A stretch of 64,000 nt of DNA from the NCBI GenBank assembly GCA_964496425.1, contig CAZBZO010000004.1, positions 23,118 to 87,117 of the forward strand, given 5' to 3'. This document shows, in pieces, positions 8,438 to 16,922 of the stretch. The notes beneath the pieces were generated by a model, which had not been told where the DNA came from, ran no database searches, and worked only from the letters and a program-made list of their open reading frames with translations. Both the position numbers and the translations under genes were made by a program. Position 1 is the stretch's first letter. Each line of letters begins with the position of its first letter. This DNA is from an uncultured Candidatus Saccharibacteria bacterium (GTDB lineage Bacteria; Patescibacteriota; Minisyncoccia; Phycocordibacterales; UBA9973).

Positions 8438-10360
8438 ATGAAGAATACTAAAGAGCCAAAAAAGAGCGCTCCGGCTTTGATTGGCACTATTTCTCTTACC
8501 AGTAAAGGCGTCGGCTATGTCCGTCTTTCTGCAAGTCTTGAGGATGATATTGAGATTGAAAATAGATTTTTGCGCACGGCACTTCACGGCGACACCATAG
8601 AACTTCTCCTTCACCCACGGCGACCCAAACAGCGTACGACCGGCGAAGTGGTCAGTATAATTTCTCGAGCCAAGGCAGGCTTTGCAGGTACACTGATCGT
8701 TGAGGGCGACACTCTTGTCCTCGATGCGGACGACCAAAAACTTTACACCTCGATCTTGGTACCAAAAGCAAATCTTCATGGCGCCAAAGCAGGAGAGAAA
8801 GTATTCGTAAAAATTATTTCTTGGCAGGATCCAAAAAAACTACCCTTAGGAGAAGTCGCGCAAATATTGGGCGCGCCGGGCGAACATGAAGCTGAGATTG
8901 CGGCAATTTCGCTAGAAAAAGGATTCAATTCGCTTTTTCCCAAAGATGTCGTCGATGAATCAGAGCGGTTAGATCATAAGATGCCAGATATTTCTAGCCG
9001 CCGAGATTTTCGCACTACGCCGACCTTCACTATCGATCCGTTTGACGCCAAAGATTTTGACGATGCACTTTCAGTTCTCAAACTTCCAGACGGCAAATTT
9101 GAGATTGGTATCCATATTGCTGATGTGTCTCACTACGTGCGCCCAGGCAGTGCAATTGATAAAGAAGCATTTAAACGCGCAACATCGGTGTATCTTGTCG
9201 ATCGCACGATTCCCATGCTCCCAGAAATACTTTCCAACGATCTCGCAAGCCTGAAGCCTGATGTTGATCGCCTCACGATGAGTGCAGTGTTTATCATGGA
9301 TATACATGGCGCCATTCACGGAGAATGGTACGGCAAGAGTATTATCCATTCCGATAAGCGTTTTACCTATGAAGGAGCGCAAGAAATACTTGATGCAAAG
9401 CAAGGTGAATTCTATAGCGAGCTTCATACATTAAACAAACTTGCCAAAATCCTTGAAAAAAACAGACTCGCCGACGGCGCTTTAGTGCTTGAAACAGAGG
9501 AAGTAAAATTCGAACTCGATAAAAAAGGAGTACCGATTGCTGTCTACAAAAAAGTCCGTGGCGATACGCACAAGCTGGTAGAAGAATTCATGCTCCTTGC
9601 GAACCGAAAGGTAGCTGAGTTCATTACAAAAAAATCAAAGAAAAATATTTTTATTTATCGTGTCCATGACCTGCCGGACCCTGACAAACTTGCTGATTTA
9701 AAGAGCTTTTTGAGCCAGCTCGGTCATAAGATTTCGGGAACAGGAAAAGTCTTGCTGGCAAAAGACTTGAGCACCTTTTTAAAACGCATTGCGAGCCATC
9801 CAGAGAAAAGTATGATTGAAATGACGATCGTGCGCTCGATGGCCAAAGCCGTATACTCAACGACCAACATCGGCCACTATGGCTTAGCTTTCAAACACTA
9901 CACGCACTTTACTTCCCCAATCCGCCGGTATCCGGATTTGGCTGTGCATCGGCTCTTGGAAAGTTATCTTTCAGGTCATTCACCCAAACCAGAATCAATC
10001 AAAACCTACGACGAGATCTCACGACATTCATCGGTACAAGAAAAGAAAGCTGCTGAAGCCGAACGTGCCAGCGTGAAATATAAGCAAGTAGAATACATGA
10101 GCAAACGCATCGGCACTACACTTACTGGTACTATTTCTGGGGTGACCGATTGGGGGCTCTATGTGGAAGAAAAAGAAACAAAATCAGAAGGCATGATTCC
10201 TATCCGCAACTTGGGCGCCGAATATTTCACATTCGATAAGACAAAAATGGCTATTATCGGACAAAAAACTCGTACCCGCTATCGCTTGGGTGACACGATC
10301 CGCATTAGTGTTGCCGAAGCGAACCTCGGTACCAAAACGATCACTTATGCGCTTGCTTAA
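8438..10360 (+). CDS. rnr: ribonuclease R (RNase II/R family 3'-5' exoribonuclease)
   Basis: RNB-domain motifs (IDPFDAKDFDDALS, HIADVSHYV, LVEEFMLLANRKVA, GHYGLAFKHYTHFTSPIRRYPDLAVHR) and a C-terminal S1 domain. The start is taken at the ATG at 8438, because the upstream in-frame region overlaps the previous gene. Confidence 0.9.
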   Translation: MKNTKEPKKSAPALIGTISLTSKGVGYVRLSASLEDDIEIENRFLRTALHGDTIELLLHPRRPKQRTTGEVVSIISRAKAGFAGTLIVEGDTLVLDADDQKLYTSILVPKANLHGAKAGEKVFVKIISWQDPKKLPLGEVAQILGAPGEHEAEIAAISLEKGFNSLFPKDVVDESERLDHKMPDISSRRDFRTTPTFTIDPFDAKDFDDALSVLKLPDGKFEIGIHIADVSHYVRPGSAIDKEAFKRATSVYLVDRTIPMLPEILSNDLASLKPDVDRLTMSAVFIMDIHGAIHGEWYGKSIIHSDKRFTYEGAQEILDAKQGEFYSELHTLNKLAKILEKNRLADGALVLETEEVKFELDKKGVPIAVYKKVRGDTHKLVEEFMLLANRKVAEFITKKSKKNIFIYRVHDLPDPDKLADLKSFLSQLGHKISGTGKVLLAKDLSTFLKRIASHPEKSMIEMTIVRSMAKAVYSTTNIGHYGLAFKHYTHFTSPIRRYPDLAVHRLLESYLSGHSPKPESIKTYDEISRHSSVQEKKAAEAERASVKYKQVEYMSKRIGTTLTGTISGVTDWGLYVEEKETKSEGMIPIRNLGAEYFTFDKTKMAIIGQKTRTRYRLGDTIRISVAEANLGTKTITYALA

Positions 10361-11348
10361 AAACATACTTATCGCTTTTTTCTCTTTTAGCGCCGTCGTA
10401 GGTTGGTACGCTCTCGGCCAGATACCACAGACCATCACCTATGCGCCGCAAGCAGCCTCTGCCATCGTTGCTGTTACGCCACCGCCAGTGCAAACAAAAG
10501 AAACGACACTTGTTTTTGTTGGCGACGTCATGCTTGATCGTGGTGTGAAATATTCTGTTGATAAAAATTTCTTTGGTAACTACGCGACACTTTTTGATAA
10601 TGGAGGATACCTCAAAGAGGCTGATATTGCCTTTGGTAACCTCGAAGGTCCTGTATCGGATCTTGGTAAAAATGTCGGAAGTATGTACTCATTTCGCATG
10701 GATCCGCAGATACTCCCTGTGCTAAAAAACACGGGCCTTGATATCGTTTCTTTTGCTAACAACCATGTTGGGGATTGGAGCAGTATTGCGTTTGACGATA
10801 CCCGGACACGGCTCACTGATGTTTCAATACTCTACACAGGCGCCGGTGACACCAAAATAGATGCGGAAACACCTACAGTAATTGTAAAAAACGGAACACG
10901 ATTTGGATTTTTGGGTTTCTCGGATGTGGGTCCCGTCTGGCTTGCCGCATCCGAAACAAAGTCAGGTATCTTACTTGCAAGCGATCCTCGTTTTGAAGAG
11001 ATTATTGCCGCTGCCAAACAGAAAGTGGATGTGCTTATAGTGTCAGTCCATTGGGGCGAAGAGTACCAGAAGGCTACGGATCGGCAAATTCTTCTCGCAC
11101 ACCGCGCTGTTGATGCTGGCGCTTCCCTTGTCGTCGGACACCATCCGCATGTTGCTCAAGCTACAGAGAAGTACAACGGAGGGTATATTGCCTACAGCTT
11201 AGGAAATTATATTTTCGATCAGGATTTTTCAAAAGAAGTTATGGAGGGATTGGTGCTTACGGCAACATTTGAAGGAGATACCATAAAAAACGTTGAGAAG
11301 AAGATAAGTGTGATGAATAAATTTTTCCAACCCCAAGAATTGAAATAA
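10347..11348 (+). CDS. CapA/PgsA-family metallophosphoesterase-like protein
   Basis: N-terminal TM segment, GDVMLDRGV, ANNHVGDWS, SVHWGEEY, VVGHHPHV. The start is taken at MRLLKN, which overlaps the rnr stop. Confidence 0.75.
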   Translation: MRLLKNILIAFFSFSAVVGWYALGQIPQTITYAPQAASAIVAVTPPPVQTKETTLVFVGDVMLDRGVKYSVDKNFFGNYATLFDNGGYLKEADIAFGNLEGPVSDLGKNVGSMYSFRMDPQILPVLKNTGLDIVSFANNHVGDWSSIAFDDTRTRLTDVSILYTGAGDTKIDAETPTVIVKNGTRFGFLGFSDVGPVWLAASETKSGILLASDPRFEEIIAAAKQKVDVLIVSVHWGEEYQKATDRQILLAHRAVDAGASLVVGHHPHVAQATEKYNGGYIAYSLGNYIFDQDFSKEVMEGLVLTATFEGDTIKNVEKKISVMNKFFQPQELK

Positions 11349-11409
11349 AAAATTAAATGCCACCCCAAGAAAAACTTAGGATGGCATTTTACTCAATTTT
11401 ATTTACCTT

Positions 11410-11820
11410 TTAACTTAATTGTGGCTTTTTTCTTAACAATACCACTCCAAGTACTAAAAAATAACCAATCCAGCATATAGCGCCGAAACCGGTCCATACA
11501 AGGATAAGTGTACTATTTTTTACCTCATCATCTGAGAATTGAAAAATTACTGCTCCGGCAACACCAATAAGCCCTATCGTGTAACATGCCATTTCAATCA
11601 TAAATTGGAAAGTTTGTTCCATCATATTTTTTCTTTTCTCTTCTGAGGCAAACTTTCTAAAAAAGAAAGCTATTGCGGGGAAGATAAGTAAGAGAAGAGC
11701 ACAAAGAGTTATTACTCCTTTGATCTCTGTGTTTACACTCGGCTGCGTTTGAAACTCATTGATGGAAAACGCAAACAAGCCACATAATAGAAAAGTGATA
11801 CTTAAGAAAGTTTTTTTCAT
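11410..11820 (-). CDS. hypothetical membrane protein (about 4 TM segments)
   Basis: The hydrophobic ORF ends here. The start is taken at MKKTFLSITFLL to avoid overlapping smc. Confidence 0.45.
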   Translation of the reverse strand: MKKTFLSITFLLCGLFAFSINEFQTQPSVNTEIKGVITLCALLLLIFPAIAFFFRKFASEEKRKNMMEQTFQFMIEMACYTIGLIGVAGAVIFQFSDDEVKNSTLILVWTGFGAICWIGYFLVLGVVLLRKKPQLS

Positions 11821-11995
11821 GACCTTGGGTTTAGAGGTGAGTAAATGAACAATTATTGGATTGGAATATAGCATTAAAAGATCTGGTTGTGAAGCAGAAA
11901 CAAAGAGTACTAATGAAAAGATAATGCAATATTTTTGATTACAATCCGCAAACAAAAAGTCACTGTATTTACTAGAGATGATGGATGATGATGGC

Positions 11996-14263
11996 CTACT
12001 TGGCGATTTGGACTGCTTCGTCGAGTTTGATGGAGAGGAGCTTAGAAGCGCCGTCAGCGCCGACGGTGACGCCATAGAGCACTTGAGCGCGCGACATTGT
12101 TTCGCGATTGTGAGTCACCACAATGAGCTGAGAATATTTGGAAAGATTTTCAAGCATATCACCGTATTTGCGGCTGTTGGCCTCGTCGAGCGCGGCATCT
12201 GTTTCGTCAAGCACCAAAAACGGTGGTGGATTGACCTGTGACATAGCAAAGAGAAGGGCGATCGAGGTCAGTGAACGTTCACCGCCTGAGAGCATATGGA
12301 GATCTTTTACTTTTTTCTGTGGCAGTGACACATTGATATCAATGCCGCGCTCAAACTCAAGCTCATCTTCATCAGGATCGGCAATCTCGTCTTCAAGTTC
12401 CCCTTCCGCACGTGCGCGACGATGCTCCACGACAATAGAGAGAAACGCTGTACCGCCACCGAACATAAGCTTGAAAAATTCTTGGAATTGATGATTTATT
12501 TTTTCAATACCTTCTTTAAACTTTGTATCAAGGGTGTCTTTGAGCTCAGAAATAAGCGAGCGGAGTGATTCGATACTTTTCCGTATATCTTCAAGCTCAC
12601 GGGAAAGAAACTGATCGCGCGCAAGCGTGTCATCATATTCCTTGAGGACATCAGACCCAGAGCCGCCGCCAATATCTTCGAGTTTTATCTTAATGCGTTC
12701 GATTTTTTTGCGATGTATCTCTTGCAGGACTCGTGTTTCAGAAGTCAGGACATGTGGCTCTCGCACTGGAACAATATGATCAAGCGTCATACCAAGTAAG
12801 ACCTCGGCTTCTTTCATCTCTTCCGAAAATCGTGTTTCTTCATCGCCCAGGCGCGCACGCTCGAGAGCTAAAAGATTGCGAACGCCTTCCACTTCAGTCC
12901 GTTTACCAGAGAGCTCGTAAAACATCCGGTCCGTTTCGCGTTTCTCAGTATCCATACTCTGAAGTGCCCGCTCAATCATTTCCACCTCTCTCTTTCCTTC
13001 GTTTTCTTTTTCGATCATGCTGGCAAGCTCCTTTGCAAGCTCGGATTTTGTATTTTCAAGCGAAACGATTTCTTGACGTGGTATCGCTGATGCGGCGTCT
13101 TCACCAGCCGTTTTTGGCAGAGACAAAAGCGATCCAAGTTGTTCTTTGATCCGGCGCAACACTGACTCCATGTTCTCCTGTGTACCTCCTTCCAAGAGAG
13201 CATCAATGTCTGAGATAACACCTTGAGTGACACGCGAGAGTTCCTCGTAAGAAACTGATCGTTTTTCTTCTTGATGCGGCTTATTGTGCAATCCAAGCAA
13301 GGTCTCAAGTGAGCCTTCGATCCGACCGAGCTTTCGAGTCAATTCTTCATACTCTCTTCGAATATGAGCAAGGGTTTCTTGTTTTTCACGCAATGCCTCT
13401 CTTTTTTCACGAACATTGCTATCGTCCGTATCTGTTCTCTCTGTACTAGAGAGTTTGCTTGCGAGTCCAGCCAGCTCTTCGTCATTGGCTTTTTGTTTTT
13501 CGGCGAGCGCTTCATGGGCCTGAACCAAATACCCCCGCTCACTCCCCGCATACGTTTTGTACAACTCCTCAAGTTCGACGCGCATATCACGTGCTTTTTC
13601 TATCTTTTCCACCTGTTTTTTCAAAAAGCCCAAGTGCGGTGCGATTTCACGGCGAAGCGATTCCGCTTCCTTCATGTTCTCAGTCGTCTTTAAAAGCTTG
13701 CGTTCTGATTCGCGGATTTTGTATTGATAAATTTTAAGTCCGAGCGCGTCTTCGATCATCGCGCGGCGCTCTTTGGGACTGGTGGAGAGGATGCGATCAG
13801 CTTCGCCTTGCGAAATAATATGGTGACCGGAGCTACCAATATTGACCGATGCGAGTGCTTCGTTGACGTCTTTGAGTCGCACTTCAGTGCCGTTGATGAA
13901 ATAGCTACTGCCACCGTCACTTGCGACTTCTCGTGCGAAGCTCACATCGTCAAAATCAAGATTGGCAGACTGATTGTCTGATCCGGTAAATGAGAAAACT
14001 TTCTTGCGATTGTCGAAAGTGATGGTCACCCGTGCGCGGCTCTGTGATGCCATGCTTTTTGAACCTTTAAATATCAAATCACTGCTGCCTTTACCGCGCA
14101 TCGATTTCATCGACTGCTCGCCGAGTACAAAGCGAATCGACTCAACAACATTGGACTTACCAGAACCGTTGGGACCAACAATAGCCGTGACTGGTGTTTC
14201 AAATACCAAAGCTGTTTTTTTGCCGAATGATTTAAAACCGTTTAGTTCAAGTGATTTAAGCAT
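11996..14263 (-). CDS. smc: SMC-family chromosome segregation ATPase, short form (755 aa)
   Basis: N-terminal Walker A GPNGSGKSN, C-terminal LSGGERSLTSIALLFA...LVLDETDAALD, and a long coiled-coil middle. It sits in the conserved rnc-smc arrangement. Confidence 0.8.
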   Translation of the reverse strand: MLKSLELNGFKSFGKKTALVFETPVTAIVGPNGSGKSNVVESIRFVLGEQSMKSMRGKGSSDLIFKGSKSMASQSRARVTITFDNRKKVFSFTGSDNQSANLDFDDVSFAREVASDGGSSYFINGTEVRLKDVNEALASVNIGSSGHHIISQGEADRILSTSPKERRAMIEDALGLKIYQYKIRESERKLLKTTENMKEAESLRREIAPHLGFLKKQVEKIEKARDMRVELEELYKTYAGSERGYLVQAHEALAEKQKANDEELAGLASKLSSTERTDTDDSNVREKREALREKQETLAHIRREYEELTRKLGRIEGSLETLLGLHNKPHQEEKRSVSYEELSRVTQGVISDIDALLEGGTQENMESVLRRIKEQLGSLLSLPKTAGEDAASAIPRQEIVSLENTKSELAKELASMIEKENEGKREVEMIERALQSMDTEKRETDRMFYELSGKRTEVEGVRNLLALERARLGDEETRFSEEMKEAEVLLGMTLDHIVPVREPHVLTSETRVLQEIHRKKIERIKIKLEDIGGGSGSDVLKEYDDTLARDQFLSRELEDIRKSIESLRSLISELKDTLDTKFKEGIEKINHQFQEFFKLMFGGGTAFLSIVVEHRRARAEGELEDEIADPDEDELEFERGIDINVSLPQKKVKDLHMLSGGERSLTSIALLFAMSQVNPPPFLVLDETDAALDEANSRKYGDMLENLSKYSQLIVVTHNRETMSRAQVLYGVTVGADGASKLLSIKLDEAVQIAK

Positions 14264-14288
14264 GCTGAGAGTTCGTAAATTTCATAAA

Positions 14289-14984
14289 CTAATCAAGCCA
14301 CCCCTTGGTGATGAGCGCTTCCTGCGCCGCTTTCTGTTCTGCTTCTTGTTTTGATTTGCCCATGCCTCGCGCGATAAGATCAGTACCGAAATAAATACCA
14401 GTCGTAAAATGCTTATCGTGATCAGGTCCACTTTCAGCCAAGACTTTATACGCTGGCGTCACGCTGAAATATTCTTGAGCTTTTTCTTGGACAAGACTTT
14501 TGGCGTCACGCCAGAGCTTTTGGGTAACAATCGCTTCCGTGAGGGGCAAAAGGTAGGTGCCGATAAATTTTTCGGCAGACGCATAGCCTTGATCAAGATA
14601 GAGCGCTCCGACAACCGCTTCAAACGTATTGGCGAGAATATAACTTCGCGCTTTACCCATATCTTTGGCTTCGCCTTTTGAGAGAAGAAGAAAATCATTC
14701 ATCGAAAGCGTGCTGGCGATATCAGCGATCGTGACAGCATTTACCAAGGCTGCCCGATATGATGTCAGCTCCCCTTCAGGACTTTCTGGATATTTTTTAT
14801 AGAGATAGTCTGTCACGACAAGCTCAAGCACAGCATCGCCCAAAAACTCCAAGCGCTCGTTGTGCGAAAGCTTGAGTTTGGGATTTTCATTGATATAAGA
14901 GCGATGGATAAAGGCTTGCATGAGAAGACCTTTGTCTTTGAATGTGGTACCTATTTTCTTTTCGAACGGTTTAAAATCAATCAT
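14289..14984 (-). CDS. rnc: ribonuclease III
   Basis: ERLEFLGDAVLELVVTDYLY signature and a C-terminal dsRBD. Confidence 0.95.
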   Translation of the reverse strand: MIDFKPFEKKIGTTFKDKGLLMQAFIHRSYINENPKLKLSHNERLEFLGDAVLELVVTDYLYKKYPESPEGELTSYRAALVNAVTIADIASTLSMNDFLLLSKGEAKDMGKARSYILANTFEAVVGALYLDQGYASAEKFIGTYLLPLTEAIVTQKLWRDAKSLVQEKAQEYFSVTPAYKVLAESGPDHDKHFTTGIYFGTDLIARGMGKSKQEAEQKAAQEALITKGWLD

Positions 14985-15035
14985 AGAAATTTCTTAATAT
15001 ATAATTCGTACAATCGTGTGAAGTGTCCTTAAATT

Positions 15036-15941
15036 TTATTCTTCTTTTTCGCTCGTTAGTATGGCAATAGATTTTGCCAAGAGCCCCGTCACATCATCAT
15101 AGATCTTGAGCGCTCCGAGCTCTTCCATGGTAAACCACTTGGCCCCATCGAGTCCGCCAGATTTCTCCAGTACCACTTCTATAAACGGCGATTCTGCGAG
15201 GAAAAATGTCACCTGCTTTCGAATCTTACCGTCGGTAGGATGATTGGCGATATATTCGCTGTCGCCAAGTTTTTCCTTGATCGTTATGTCGAGATTGATT
15301 TCTTCTTTTATCTCTCGCACTGCCGCTTGACCAACATCTTCACCTTTTTCAACGCCACCTTTGGAAAGTGTCCAGTATCCAAAAACATCGTGGACAAGTG
15401 CAAAATAAATAGTTCCCTCGTGACGAGCGTAGACGACCGCTCCAGCTTTTTGCTCAATCGGAAGCTTGGTAATGTCTACCGGCTCGTTTGATTTTTTCTT
15501 TTTGCTGGTATCGTTTTTGCCGGGCTCGCCGATTTCTTTATAGACTGCGCCGAGCACACCGTTGATAAACTTGCTAGAGTTTTCTCCACCAAATGTTTTA
15601 GCAAGCTCGATGGCTTCATTGATCGCCACTTTCGGCGGCACTTCTTCACGATCACCAAAAAGAAGCTCAGCGAGGCCCATACGCAAAATGTTGCGATCAA
15701 CAGCGTTGATCTTGTCTATCGGCCATTCTGGTGCGGCTTTTTCTATGATGTCGTCGATGAGTGTGCGTTTCTTTTGGATATTACCAAGAATCGTCATCAT
15801 AAACGGCGTATCATCGAGTCCCGGAGCAAACTCTTCGGTGTCACGCGTAAGAATTTCTTTCAATTCTTCAGGGTGGCCTCTAAAATCCCACTCGAAGAGT
15901 GTTTGGAGGATTATTGATCTTGAGAGGTGGCGGTTTGCCAT
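15036..15941 (-). CDS. nusB: transcription antitermination factor NusB fused to a C-terminal Nudix hydrolase domain
   Basis: N-terminal ~140 aa is NusB-like (ILQTLFEWDF...NAVDRNILRMGLAELLF...NEAIELAKTFGGENSSKFINGVLG). The C-terminus carries the Nudix box GGVEKGEDVGQAAVREIKEEINL. Confidence 0.8.
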   Translation of the reverse strand: MANRHLSRSIILQTLFEWDFRGHPEELKEILTRDTEEFAPGLDDTPFMMTILGNIQKKRTLIDDIIEKAAPEWPIDKINAVDRNILRMGLAELLFGDREEVPPKVAINEAIELAKTFGGENSSKFINGVLGAVYKEIGEPGKNDTSKKKKSNEPVDITKLPIEQKAGAVVYARHEGTIYFALVHDVFGYWTLSKGGVEKGEDVGQAAVREIKEEINLDITIKEKLGDSEYIANHPTDGKIRKQVTFFLAESPFIEVVLEKSGGLDGAKWFTMEELGALKIYDDVTGLLAKSIAILTSEKEE

Positions 15942-16004
15942 AATTGTCTATTGTAAATGAAATGAACGAGATAGTCCTAAATAAAAAGAAACGGCCAAGC
16001 TATA

Positions 16005-16235
16005 TTATTTAGCTGCTTCTTTCTCTTTAGCCTTGTTTTTAGCGGCCTTTTTTTCTACCTTGGCTACAACATTGAGCACTTGACGCGCTCCGTAGTAACC
16101 ACATTTTCCGCAGGCAACATGCGGCATTTTAAGAGCACCACAGTGGCTGCATTTTGAAAAAGACTTCCCCTTCAACGCGTGATGGGAACGTCTATTAGCC
16201 GTGTGGCTCTTGGTGTGTCGCATTCGTATTACCAT
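16005..16235 (-). CDS. rpmF: 50S ribosomal protein L32
   Basis: RHTKSHTANRRSHHAL...CSHCGALKMPHVACGKCGYY, a bL32 with its Zn ribbon. The start may be the internal Met at aa 5. Confidence 0.9.
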   Translation of the reverse strand: MVIRMRHTKSHTANRRSHHALKGKSFSKCSHCGALKMPHVACGKCGYYGARQVLNVVAKVEKKAAKNKAKEKEAAK

Positions 16236-16271
16236 GTCGCCTAGTGTAGCAAATATGGCATAAAATGCAAA

Positions 16272-16883
16272 TTACTGAGGAACACTCACAAAGCGCGAAA
16301 GAAAGCTCTTACGGTGAAGCGCGCAGAGGCCGCTTTTCTTGAGGCATTGATAGTGCTTTTTGGTGCCATAGCCTTTATGGGTGTCAAAGAGATACTCTGG
16401 AAATTGTTTGGCATAGAGAGACATCCGGCGATCTCGAGTGACTTTGGCGCAAATAGATGCAAGCGCTATCACCGGCTCTTTTTCATCGCCTTTGATAATA
16501 GTCTTTTGATTTTTAAAATTCTTTGGCGCGTGAAGCCCACCGTCGAGGAGTATTGGATAGGAATTCTTAGCTGATAGTTTGGACAGGCAGGTATCAAGGG
16601 CTTTTTGAATAGCAGAATTGATACCGATCCGATCAATTTCTTTGGCTGGGATTAGCGTCACCGTAAAATCAAGAATCCCCTCTTTTTGCCACTCTTTAAT
16701 AATCGCAAACCATTTCTCTCGCTGTGCTGCTGTAAGTTTCTTCGAATCCCGAAGTGGAACCCCTACACTACTAATTAGTAATTTGTAATTAGTAATTTTC
16801 AATTGGAGCGCAGCGACAGAGACTGGTCCCGCAATCGGCCCCCGTCCCGCTTCGTCGATACCAATAACCTTATGGTGGACCAT
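16272..16883 (-). CDS. rnhB: ribonuclease HII
   Basis: MVHHKVIGIDEAGRGPIAGPVSVAA...DSKKL...ALASICAKV...GYGT. The ORF track extends it to 17465, but that part is antisense to dnaE, so the start is taken at the ATG at 16883. Confidence 0.9.
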   Translation of the reverse strand: MVHHKVIGIDEAGRGPIAGPVSVAALQLKITNYKLLISSVGVPLRDSKKLTAAQREKWFAIIKEWQKEGILDFTVTLIPAKEIDRIGINSAIQKALDTCLSKLSAKNSYPILLDGGLHAPKNFKNQKTIIKGDEKEPVIALASICAKVTRDRRMSLYAKQFPEYLFDTHKGYGTKKHYQCLKKSGLCALHRKSFLSRFVSVPQ

Positions 16884-16922
16884 ACTCGGCAATTGTAACG
16901 TATTTGCTATACTATCTCCATC

